Below are positions 49,499-58,651 of a stretch of 64,000 nucleotides of DNA, piece by piece (within the stretch, counting starts at the first letter, position 1; every line of letters begins with the position of its first letter). The notes below the pieces were generated by a model that worked only from the letters and a program-made list of their open reading frames with translations, was not told the DNA's origin and did not search any database. Made by a program: the position numbers and the translations under genes. The stretch spans positions 43,869-107,868 of the IMG/VR virus record IMGVR_UViG_3300029787_004704; one strand, 5' to 3'. This DNA comes from a virus.

Positions 49499-51211
49499 AT
49501 GTGTGGCATATACGGAATAACAGAACGTAATCCTGAATTCATAAATTCATACATCAAGCAGTGTTCACACAGAGGACCGGATGGTTACAGTATTTGGTAT
49601 GACGATGATATCAGTCTAGGACATAACTTATTAGCAATTACATCTGATCCTGCACAAGGAAAACAACCTGTGGAAACAAGACATGGAGTATTAACCTACA
49701 ATGGAGAGATATTCAATTATGCAGATCTAATAAAAGAAATAGAATGGAGTCCACAGACAACTTGTGACACAGAATATCTTTCACATGCATTAGGCACAAT
49801 GCCACATGAAGTAGTCAATGACAAAATTGATTCAATGCACGCCTACGCATATTACAATAAAGCAAAGAAGCATTTGATCCTAAGTAGAGATCATGCAGGA
49901 ATAAAACCTTTGTATTATGCTGAGATCCCACAAGGGTTAGTATTCGGTTCAGAGATAAAAGGTATGATTAACAAAGTGCCAAATGGACGATGCATAGACG
50001 ACTTTGCCGCGGCCGCAATGAGTTATTCTGGTATTAATCCAACTAGGAATACATTGTTTAAAAACATTAAAAAAGTTATGCCTGGCGAAACATTAGTGTA
50101 TGATGTTGCTAACAAAAGATTTATTCATTCTTATCAAAAAGTTATTACACCTACTTCCAAGGGCAAATTAGATTTAGAAGAGTTCAGGCATGAAGCACAT
50201 GAAACTGTAAAAATGAGTACATTGGGTCTGAGAAAATTTGGTGTGTTTTTGTCAGGTGGTTTAGATTCTACACTGGTTGCATACGAGTTAAAAAAGATTC
50301 TAGGTGACCTTGATTCGTTTACAAACAAGATGGAACCAAATGTTCGTATAGGAGAGGACTTTAATGATGACGCAAATTGTGCCAAACGTTTTGCTGAAGA
50401 TTACAATCTGAATCATCATAGTATTGTTGTTACACCAGAAACAGTAAAACAAAGTTGGAATGCAAGTATGCACACCATGGAGCAACCTGTGTATAATATT
50501 AGTATTCCTATGTATTATCAAACAAACAAATATCTTAGTGAACGTGGTGTTGTTGTAACAATGGCAGGAGATATGGGCGATGAATTGCTAGGAGGATATG
50601 CCAAGTATTGGAAACTGCGAAATGACCCGCCCAAAGACTTTAAGGATATGATTTGGAAATGGATGCACAGAATCAAACGTCCGGTACAATTAACCAGCAA
50701 GATAAATCCTAGAGACATACACTCAGAACTGTGTAAAGTTATTCCCGAAGATATCTGGAATCCCCAAGATCCAATTAATTCATATATGGCTGTTGATTGT
50801 ATCACGCAAGTGCCTGAAGAATTTTTCTCACGCAATGATAAATTTGGAATGCAGTTTTCTATGGAAGGCAGATTTCCTTTGGCAACAAAAAGATTTATGA
50901 AATACTGTATGAATATGCATTCACAGTACAAAATAGGCAAAAATAAAACAGATACAAAGTTGCCTACCAAACTTGCATACAAAGGTTACATGCCAGATTA
51001 CATCATAGACAAAATGAAAACAGGATGGACGGTGCCATTGATTTATTGGTTGGGAAATATGCCAGAACTAAATGACTGGGCAATGAGTTATATGCTCAAA
51101 GAAGACTGTTTGAAAAAACAAATATCCATGAAAAACTGGGACAACAAAAAGACCAGAGTAGTAAGTTGGATGATGCGTTCATGGGCACAAATTTACGATA
51201 TACAGTCATAA
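49499..51211 (+). CDS. Asparagine synthase-like glutamine amidotransferase (AsnB family)
   Basis: N-terminal MCGI, HRGPD, NGEIFN, RDHAGIKPLYY, LSGGLDS, GDELLGGY. Confidence 0.93.
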   Translation: MCGIYGITERNPEFINSYIKQCSHRGPDGYSIWYDDDISLGHNLLAITSDPAQGKQPVETRHGVLTYNGEIFNYADLIKEIEWSPQTTCDTEYLSHALGTMPHEVVNDKIDSMHAYAYYNKAKKHLILSRDHAGIKPLYYAEIPQGLVFGSEIKGMINKVPNGRCIDDFAAAAMSYSGINPTRNTLFKNIKKVMPGETLVYDVANKRFIHSYQKVITPTSKGKLDLEEFRHEAHETVKMSTLGLRKFGVFLSGGLDSTLVAYELKKILGDLDSFTNKMEPNVRIGEDFNDDANCAKRFAEDYNLNHHSIVVTPETVKQSWNASMHTMEQPVYNISIPMYYQTNKYLSERGVVVTMAGDMGDELLGGYAKYWKLRNDPPKDFKDMIWKWMHRIKRPVQLTSKINPRDIHSELCKVIPEDIWNPQDPINSYMAVDCITQVPEEFFSRNDKFGMQFSMEGRFPLATKRFMKYCMNMHSQYKIGKNKTDTKLPTKLAYKGYMPDYIIDKMKTGWTVPLIYWLGNMPELNDWAMSYMLKEDCLKKQISMKNWDNKKTRVVSWMMRSWAQIYDIQS

Positions 51212-51990
51212 GCAAATCCACTTCTCATTTCTTCTAATGTAAATTGATTATAAGACAGGTGCCATAACCATGGTTCTCTATCGGCATGTTTTGGCGTTTC
51301 TATTTTTGATAGATCTTGTTCAGCGACTTGGTAAGCAGAACACTCTGTTCCACAAAAAACAGGAATGCCTTCACACACTGCATCAATGGCCACAGATGAG
51401 TTGAATGTCACGACAGCCCATGCATCTGCTAGGTCTTCTGTAAGTGGGTTTTGTTGTTTGTTTTTGTTAAAACCACTCAAGGTAGTAATACCATTTTTCT
51501 CTGATACTTGCGGATTCATAGGTTTGTCTCTGACTACTATTTCACGGTCTGTGTGCTGTTGTAAGGTCTTAATTGACGCCTCTAACCAATCTTGACTATC
51601 AAAGTACCATTCGATAGCTCCGGTGGGCGGACACACTATTATTTTACTGCCTGAGGTGCGCCATGGTTTTATAGGTCTAAAAAAATTCTTTTCATAACGA
51701 TGTTTTGGCACACTTTTTAAATCACTGTTAACATGAGCATTTTTGGTAATTCTGTACCAAGCAGGATTTTTATCGTGACCTGCTTTAAAGTATGCGTGGT
51801 CGGCGAAATAATAAGATTTGGCACGTTTCATCATATCGCCGGAACCACGCAATATTCCAAAGAAAAAATAATCCTCTTCAGGCATATCTTTATCGTTGGG
51901 AATAGGATTTATAATTTGGCCTTTCGTACCATCGGCCCAAGCTTGTACTATTTTTTCAGTACGTGATCTCATTGTTCTAACGCATTTCAT
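51193..51990 (-). CDS. Capsule-synthesis (KpsS/KpsC-like) putative glycosyltransferase
   Basis: VVTFNSSVAIDAVCEGIPVF; DRE.WL..L.Y.Q.T..E..SG. Confidence 0.6.
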   Translation of the reverse strand: MKCVRTMRSRTEKIVQAWADGTKGQIINPIPNDKDMPEEDYFFFGILRGSGDMMKRAKSYYFADHAYFKAGHDKNPAWYRITKNAHVNSDLKSVPKHRYEKNFFRPIKPWRTSGSKIIVCPPTGAIEWYFDSQDWLEASIKTLQQHTDREIVVRDKPMNPQVSEKNGITTLSGFNKNKQQNPLTEDLADAWAVVTFNSSVAIDAVCEGIPVFCGTECSAYQVAEQDLSKIETPKHADREPWLWHLSYNQFTLEEMRSGFAYDCIS

Positions 51991-52765
51991 AAAACTGTGT
52001 AAACATCTCCTCGAATAATCCTGATTTAATTTCTTGTTGAGTGTATTGATGCCAACTCAGTGTGGCCAACCATTCTTCGCGATTATCACTGAACACAGGA
52101 TTGCCAAAATTTTCAATTGATTGTGCCACAGGAAATGCCGCACATCTAGGATGGCAATACACTGGCACTCCTTGAATTATTGCATCAATGGCAACCATAG
52201 AACATGATGTCACAACACACGATGCTTTTTGTAAGTCTTCCTGTAACGGTACGTCAGCATATGCTGGACCACTCTTGCCATTCTTGCGTGGTTTGTGTCT
52301 GACTCTAATAGGCATGTCTGTCTGTGTCTTTATTTTTGCAACAGTATCTTGTTCCCAATTTCTTTGTCCTATGAAAGTATTAATTGTAACAGATGAAGGA
52401 GCCACTAATATGTACTCACCATTATCACTCCAATCTTTTAGTTGTATATGTTTTATTCTGTCTGTAGGTAGATTTGGAATAATATGTGTAACATGTATAT
52501 CACTGTATATGATTCTCCATGAATAATCGTTGTGAGGATTAAATGGATCCCAACGATTCCAGTAAGGCATATCGCAGAACAACCATTTCTTCTTTGTATT
52601 TTTCAATTCAAGGCATCTAGCATAGTTTCCTACTGCTAGTCCCCACATGGTAGGTATTCCATCGGTATCCATGTATTTCTGTAATGGTCTAAGACTGTAC
52701 CATGCCTTTGAATCATATCCATGACGATTGTTTATTACATTAAGTTTCACTTTGCAAATTTCCAA
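51977..52765 (-). CDS. Capsule-synthesis-like putative glycosyltransferase (paralog 2)
   Basis: VRHKP, VVTSCSMVAIDAIIQGVPVY. Confidence 0.6.
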   Translation of the reverse strand: MEICKVKLNVINNRHGYDSKAWYSLRPLQKYMDTDGIPTMWGLAVGNYARCLELKNTKKKWLFCDMPYWNRWDPFNPHNDYSWRIIYSDIHVTHIIPNLPTDRIKHIQLKDWSDNGEYILVAPSSVTINTFIGQRNWEQDTVAKIKTQTDMPIRVRHKPRKNGKSGPAYADVPLQEDLQKASCVVTSCSMVAIDAIIQGVPVYCHPRCAAFPVAQSIENFGNPVFSDNREEWLATLSWHQYTQQEIKSGLFEEMFTQFYEMR

Positions 52766-53541
52766 TATTCTGCAGAACGTTTGTTGTAAATGTCAGTAGG
52801 TTTGCTTCTTCCATCTTTTTTGCGTTTGCCTTTCAAATGATCCATGTATTCACCGAGCGGTGAATTGATGAATACATGCACGCCTGGTCTGTGTGGGTGT
52901 CCTTTTGACAAATTTGTTGTGTGCATTCCGTTAGCTGAATGTTTTTTCACAAGTTGCCAAAACAGATAAGAATCGTGATATTCTATCTCTTCAAACAGAC
53001 TGTCAGTGTTGTAAAGTGCTTGCCAGTCCTGCATGAAAATTTTGTTGTATTCTGATCTTGTATCATACACTACAAACCCACATTCCGGATAAATTTTTTC
53101 TCTACCTAAATATGCACAGTAATGATTTTGGGGTAACAGGCTCTCAATAAATTCAAATGGTACAGTTGAGTGGGTAACAACGTCTGCATCCAACCAGATA
53201 ATTAAATCTGTTGTGCTATTGAGAGCCTCATGTGATACACAATATGATTTATGTGCGAACTTGACAGCGTCCCACAAATATGATTTCTTTTTACCATCTG
53301 GACGTAATCCATGTGCATTTTCATTGTGTTTATGTCTGTCTTTGAATGCAACCAAATTAGGACATGCTTCATTCAATTTGATCCATTCAACATCGGGATA
53401 TCCTGGTTGTATGGTATCACAATAGATTTTAAGTTTGATATTTTTTGGCCAATGCTGTACAAATGTCTCAACAAATCGTTTGCCGTACTGTTCCCAGCCT
53501 GCATCAGAAAATGTTGTGATTACCGCGATTGAACGTGCCAT
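52747..53541 (-). CDS. GT-A glycosyltransferase
   Basis: AVKFAHK, IWLDAD DxD motif, ECGF, HLKG. Confidence 0.75.
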   Translation of the reverse strand: MARSIAVITTFSDAGWEQYGKRFVETFVQHWPKNIKLKIYCDTIQPGYPDVEWIKLNEACPNLVAFKDRHKHNENAHGLRPDGKKKSYLWDAVKFAHKSYCVSHEALNSTTDLIIWLDADVVTHSTVPFEFIESLLPQNHYCAYLGREKIYPECGFVVYDTRSEYNKIFMQDWQALYNTDSLFEEIEYHDSYLFWQLVKKHSANGMHTTNLSKGHPHRPGVHVFINSPLGEYMDHLKGKRKKDGRSKPTDIYNKRSAEYWKFAK

Positions 53542-53550
53542 ATGTAGGAG

Positions 53551-53560
53551 TATTTAAATA
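53551..53560. promoter_or_regulatory. Palindromic bidirectional late promoter TATTTAAATA
   Basis: TAAATA on both strands between divergent starts at 53541 and 53568. Confidence 0.6.
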
Positions 53561-53567
53561 CCCATAT

Positions 53568-54542
53568 ATGAAAGTTGAAATTTTTCGAAACACAGTAAAA
53601 CGCAGAGGTAAAGGTGCTTCTTTTGAGATGATGAAAGCATGGCGTGAAGGCATTGCCGCTGTGGGAGATGAAGCAATTTGGATAGAGGGATCACCAGACA
53701 AAGAAAAATGGATGGGTCCACCTAAAGAAAAAGTGTGTGTGCATTTTGGATATGGACCAGACAATGCAGGAGATTTTCTTAAAGGCAACAGACGCAAAAT
53801 AAGACAACACATGGAACAGCATGGTGGTGTGCCTATTGTGTTTGATGGCGGACTTTGGACATCATTTGGTAACCGTGCTAGTGTGCCTGAACAACATTAT
53901 TTTAGATGTGGATTATGGTCACCAATGCGTAATGGTAATTTTTTAAACAAAAATTCCCCAGGTGATAGATGGCAAAAAATAAAATCAACTTTTAACATAG
54001 ATGAAAGACCTTGGCGTAAAGAAGGCAAATATATTTTGCTATGTACACAACCTAAAGACAATTGGTCAATGGCACAAAAAGATCCTTATGTGTGGGTGGA
54101 CGAAGTGGTTGAACAACTAAGAGGAGTCACAGATAGACCTTTAATGTTGCGTCCACATCCGAATCATGCTGACAAGTGTGCAGAAGATATTCGTAAGAGA
54201 CATCCACAAATTAAAATAGCAGACATGACAAGAGGCGGTGGAATGTTTGAAGGATACAGATGGACATTCTTGGAAGAATTAAACAATATACATTGTGTTG
54301 TAACACACAACTCAACTGCCGCAGTCGATGCCGCAACGTATGGAGTACCTGTGTTTTTGACTTCAGATCTGTGTCTTGCATGGGATATTGGGTCACACGA
54401 TTTAAAACAGATAGAAAATCCTGTCATGCCAGATCGTACACAATGGTTACACGATCTTGCTTATGCCAATTGGACTCTGCAAGAAGTAAGAGATGGCACA
54501 GTATGGCAATTCATGAAACCACAAGTTGAAAAGTTAATATGA
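53568..54542 (+). CDS. Capsule-synthesis-like putative glycosyltransferase (paralog 3)
   Basis: LRPHP, VVTHNSTAAVDAATYGVPVF. Confidence 0.65.
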   Translation: MKVEIFRNTVKRRGKGASFEMMKAWREGIAAVGDEAIWIEGSPDKEKWMGPPKEKVCVHFGYGPDNAGDFLKGNRRKIRQHMEQHGGVPIVFDGGLWTSFGNRASVPEQHYFRCGLWSPMRNGNFLNKNSPGDRWQKIKSTFNIDERPWRKEGKYILLCTQPKDNWSMAQKDPYVWVDEVVEQLRGVTDRPLMLRPHPNHADKCAEDIRKRHPQIKIADMTRGGGMFEGYRWTFLEELNNIHCVVTHNSTAAVDAATYGVPVFLTSDLCLAWDIGSHDLKQIENPVMPDRTQWLHDLAYANWTLQEVRDGTVWQFMKPQVEKLI

Positions 54543-55276
54543 GTGCTTTAACAGTAATTTTACCAGCGGCAGGAAATGGTACAAGATTAAACTTGCCCTA
54601 TCCTAAAGAAATATTGAGACTTAATGATCATGAAGCACTTATAGATAGTTCATTTAATTTTTTTAGAGATTATGGTCGCAAAGACGTAGAATTTGTTGTT
54701 GTTATAAATGAAAATAAAACAGAAATTATTTCTTATCTAGCCAAATACAAAGACAGATACAATATTTCTTTTGTGTATCAAAACCCAAATGAGTATGAAT
54801 ACACTGGAGCAATTAAAAGTGCAAAGCACCTTTTTGGCGAGCATAATATTGTTTTATTGCCTGATACCATTATGACACTATCACCTAACACTGATTTGTT
54901 TGAAACTGTAAAACATTCTTTAACTGAAACAGGATTTACTTTCTTATACAAAAAAGAAAGCAATGAAGGTGTTTTAAAAACAAAAGGAGCCTTGTTTGTA
55001 AACAATGAAAATATTGTTGAACAATACGAGGACAAACCAGAAACAGGATATGAAAACTTTAATGCGTATTGGTGTGCTTTTGCTTTTAGAAAAAGAACTT
55101 TTGACTCTTGCATGACTTTTATGGAAAAGTCGACGTTGAAACAACGCATTGACAATGAAGAAATAAAACAAACTCCTATATACAAATCCAAAGCAATCAA
55201 AGTAGAAGATTACATTGACCTTGGTACATGGGAAGAAATAAGAAGAGTGTTACTTAATGAAGAAAATAATAAGTGA
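54539..55276 (+). CDS. Sugar-phosphate nucleotidyltransferase
   Basis: ILPAAGNGTRL...PKE, LLPD, EDKP, DLGT. Confidence 0.88.
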   Translation: MSALTVILPAAGNGTRLNLPYPKEILRLNDHEALIDSSFNFFRDYGRKDVEFVVVINENKTEIISYLAKYKDRYNISFVYQNPNEYEYTGAIKSAKHLFGEHNIVLLPDTIMTLSPNTDLFETVKHSLTETGFTFLYKKESNEGVLKTKGALFVNNENIVEQYEDKPETGYENFNAYWCAFAFRKRTFDSCMTFMEKSTLKQRIDNEEIKQTPIYKSKAIKVEDYIDLGTWEEIRRVLLNEENNK

Positions 55277-55823
55277 TTGTGACGGCGTATTATTGGATTG
55301 GGCATTCGCATTTGATGTATGGATGGCTGAACAAGGATATCAAAAACTACCAGAAGCAGATCAGCACTTCAGTCAAACATTAAGATATGCGATCGATGAA
55401 ACAGAAGCACAGAACCAAGTTTCAAGATTTAATGAATCAGGATCTGTAGGATACTTGCCTGCGTATAAAGACAGTGTTGAGTACGTGACAAAATTTGCTA
55501 GTGATGGTTACAGATTCGAAGTGATAAGCAGTTTACACATGGACAAGTACGCACAAAAATTAAGAACGGAAAATTTAAAACATATTTTTGGCGATGTGTT
55601 TGATTACATAGATTGTAGTTTAGATTTTCGCAAAGGCAAAAAATCGGTGTTAGAGCAAAGATACAAAGGTACTGGATATGTTTGGTTGGAAGATAATGTG
55701 TCTCATGCAGAAGCTGGTGATGCAATAGGCATGAACACATACATATTTGACCATCCATACAATAGATCATATAATGGAAGAAGAGTAAAGAATTGGAAAG
55801 AGTTGTATGACGCCACACATTGA
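55257..55823 (+). CDS. HAD-family 5'(3')-nucleotidase-like phosphatase
   Basis: DCDGVLLDW, WLEDN, HPYN. Confidence 0.8.
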   Translation: MKKIISDCDGVLLDWAFAFDVWMAEQGYQKLPEADQHFSQTLRYAIDETEAQNQVSRFNESGSVGYLPAYKDSVEYVTKFASDGYRFEVISSLHMDKYAQKLRTENLKHIFGDVFDYIDCSLDFRKGKKSVLEQRYKGTGYVWLEDNVSHAEAGDAIGMNTYIFDHPYNRSYNGRRVKNWKELYDATH

Positions 55824-56502
55824 AGCACAAAAAGGTGATTATGCGGAAACAGTATTAATGCCAGGTGACCCTTTAAGGGCCAAATGGATTGCACAAACTT
55901 TTTTAACGGATGTAAGGCAAGTTAACAGTGTAAGAAATTGTTTAGGTTACACAGGAGTCTATAAAGGAAGGAACATATCAGTTCAAGGTGGTGGAATGGG
56001 CATGCCTAGCAATGCAATTTACATTACTGAATTGTTTAAATTTTACGATGTGCAAACAATCATAAGAGTAGGCAGTTGTGGAGCCATACAAAAGAATATC
56101 AAAATAGGTGACATAGTTGCGGCCACTACTGCTTCTACTGACAGTGCAATGGGTAAAGAACTTATTCCTGGATTTACATATGCACCCAGTTGTAACTTTG
56201 ATCTACTTAAAAATTTTGTTGATAAGTGTCCAGATGCTCACGTTGGTGGCATTACTTCGAACGATTATTTTTATCAACCTGACAAGAAATGGTGGAAACA
56301 GTGTCAAAAATATAATGTGTTAGCAGTAGAAATGGAAACTTATATCTTGTATGCCTTAGCCGCAGAATACAACAGAAAAGCTCTCAGTGTGAATACAGTG
56401 TCAGATCATTTAGATCCTAACTGGTTAGATATAAAAAACTTATCACCTAAACAAAGAGAGACAGGGTTTGACCGTATGATTAAGTGTGTTCTAGAATTAT
56501 GA
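55807..56502 (+). CDS. deoD: Purine nucleoside phosphorylase
   Basis: MTPHI...LMPGDPLRAK, GMGMPS, IRVGSCG, VEME, VSDH. Confidence 0.95.
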   Translation: MTPHIEAQKGDYAETVLMPGDPLRAKWIAQTFLTDVRQVNSVRNCLGYTGVYKGRNISVQGGGMGMPSNAIYITELFKFYDVQTIIRVGSCGAIQKNIKIGDIVAATTASTDSAMGKELIPGFTYAPSCNFDLLKNFVDKCPDAHVGGITSNDYFYQPDKKWWKQCQKYNVLAVEMETYILYALAAEYNRKALSVNTVSDHLDPNWLDIKNLSPKQRETGFDRMIKCVLEL

Positions 56503-57194
56503 TATGTGTTGCTATTCCATCACGTGGCAGGCCGGCCTTTCTTAAAAGAGTAATAGATACAGCATCACAAACGGCAGATAATTGGGAAGAAGTAATTGTA
56601 AAATATTATCTCAATGATGATGATCCTGATCTTAAAAAATACAAAAAAATTTTACAAGGCCTACAAACAACACACGGTCCGTCGGTGCAGTGGGAAATAG
56701 GACCTGATCAAAACACGGTACAAAGTTGGAATATGTTGTGTGAAAATACAGAAGCAGATTATTACATGTTGGCTGGAGATGAAATACAGTTTGTTACAGA
56801 AGGGTGGGATACAAAAGTTAAACAAACCAAACAAGATTATCCTGACGGAATATTTTGTATGGCAGTGTATGACGGAAGACCAAACAGGGCAGAACTGCTC
56901 AGGTGCACACAACCGATTGTGACCAAAGAATGGCGTGAAGCACTTGGTTATTTTTGGGCGCCTTTCCTATGGCATTGGCACGTGGATCAATACACTGGAG
57001 ACCTTGCAAAAGCAGTGGATCGTTTTGTGTTTCGTGAAGATATCTTTATCAAGATAAGAAAAATGAAAGACAGGACTGCCAAACGCAATCGTGGCAGAGG
57101 TGTGTTCGATAGAGACGAGTGGGTGTATGAAAAACATAAGGAACTATACTTTGACATCGACACCAAAAAGTTGTTGGACAAAATGTCAAAATAG
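56499..57194 (+). CDS. Glycosyltransferase family 2-like
   Basis: VAIPSRGRP, DDD, GDE. Confidence 0.7.
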   Translation: MICVAIPSRGRPAFLKRVIDTASQTADNWEEVIVKYYLNDDDPDLKKYKKILQGLQTTHGPSVQWEIGPDQNTVQSWNMLCENTEADYYMLAGDEIQFVTEGWDTKVKQTKQDYPDGIFCMAVYDGRPNRAELLRCTQPIVTKEWREALGYFWAPFLWHWHVDQYTGDLAKAVDRFVFREDIFIKIRKMKDRTAKRNRGRGVFDRDEWVYEKHKELYFDIDTKKLLDKMSK

Positions 57195-57208
57195 TATATA
57201 ATTTGCAT

Positions 57209-58651
57209 ATGGATATCACAAATTTATTCCCACTGTTTCCTGCCAGTACTGGGATCAACATTTTATTGGTATATGGGTTGTTTGCGTTCGCGATGACTTA
57301 TTATTTTTCGCGGGGTTACAATGACAACAAAACTTCTTTTCTAGTTGCAAGACGTGAACTTGGTACTTTCCAAGGCTCACTCAGTGTTGCGGCAGCTTGG
57401 TTATGGGCACCTGGACTGTTCATATCTGCTCAACAGGCATATGTCAACGGATTGGTAGGACTGTTTTGGTTTTGTTTGGGCAACTTCCTTACTCTAGGAG
57501 CATTTGCTTATTTTGCCAAACGCATTAGAAACAATGAACCAGAAGGATTTACTTTTTCAGGTTATCTAAAAGATCGTTTCTCGGGCAGAGTGCAAAGTCT
57601 GTTTGTGGTAGAAATGATGATATTAGCCACATGTGCATTTGCAATCAATTTGTTGGCAGGATCAAAAACTGTAGAAGTTTTAACAGGAGTCGATTACACA
57701 CTGGCAACATTTTTGATGGTAGGTGTTGCGATACTTTATTCATTCAGGACAGGCTTAAAAGCAACTGTGGTCACAGAAATAATCAAAATTATAGTTGTAT
57801 GGATTGGGGTACTAATTTTAGTGCCATGGGCAATCTCTAGTGCAGGTGGCTGGGACATAGTTGCCGCAGGTATTGGTGGCAAAACAGGATTAGGTGGATC
57901 AATATTCGGAACGTCATTTGCATGGGGCATATTCACTGGATTTGGTGCGGCCGCTTTCTTAGGACACTTGGGTGGACCATGGGGAGACAATTCATTTTAT
58001 CAAAGAGCATTTTCTATCAAGATAGGTTCAATCATACCAGCATATGTAATTGCTTCTTTTGTGTTCATTGTAATTCCAATCTGTATGGGACTGTTAGGCT
58101 TTTTGGCCGCTGGCTCAGGATTAGATATTCCAGGGAACATGGTGGGTACAACCAATGCAATCGTGATAGGAACTTTTCTGCCACCGATAGCATCAATCAT
58201 ATTTGCGTTCATGATATTTGCTGGTTTGGTTGCAATACTTGATTCACAGTTTGCATCTGTTGCCAACATGACAGGGCATGACATATACAACCAATTTAAA
58301 ACAGGTAGTCCTATCAGTTCTGCACGATATGGCATGATTGCTTTAGCATTAGCGGGTCTTATAGTGGCGAATATTCCGGGTATGCAGTTAGTGTATCTGT
58401 TTTTATTCTTTGCTGTTTTACGTGCATCTGTGTGGTTGCCATCGATGATTGCTGTGCTAAGACCACAATGGATCACAGAACAAGGAATGTTTTGGGGTAT
58501 ATTAATACCAGCATCTATAGGTGAAGTCTTATTTGTTGCAGGAAAACTTGGTTATACAGACACTGCTTTCACAGGAACATTGATTGCTATCTTTGGCTCT
58601 CCTGTGTTAACATTGTTAATAAGCAAGTATGGAAAAGGAAAATCCAAGTAA
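57209..58651 (+). CDS. Sodium:solute symporter (DUR3-like)
   Basis: About 13 hydrophobic segments; SVAAAWLWA...AY..G..GLFWF and DNSFYQRA. Confidence 0.85.
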   Translation: MDITNLFPLFPASTGINILLVYGLFAFAMTYYFSRGYNDNKTSFLVARRELGTFQGSLSVAAAWLWAPGLFISAQQAYVNGLVGLFWFCLGNFLTLGAFAYFAKRIRNNEPEGFTFSGYLKDRFSGRVQSLFVVEMMILATCAFAINLLAGSKTVEVLTGVDYTLATFLMVGVAILYSFRTGLKATVVTEIIKIIVVWIGVLILVPWAISSAGGWDIVAAGIGGKTGLGGSIFGTSFAWGIFTGFGAAAFLGHLGGPWGDNSFYQRAFSIKIGSIIPAYVIASFVFIVIPICMGLLGFLAAGSGLDIPGNMVGTTNAIVIGTFLPPIASIIFAFMIFAGLVAILDSQFASVANMTGHDIYNQFKTGSPISSARYGMIALALAGLIVANIPGMQLVYLFLFFAVLRASVWLPSMIAVLRPQWITEQGMFWGILIPASIGEVLFVAGKLGYTDTAFTGTLIAIFGSPVLTLLISKYGKGKSK

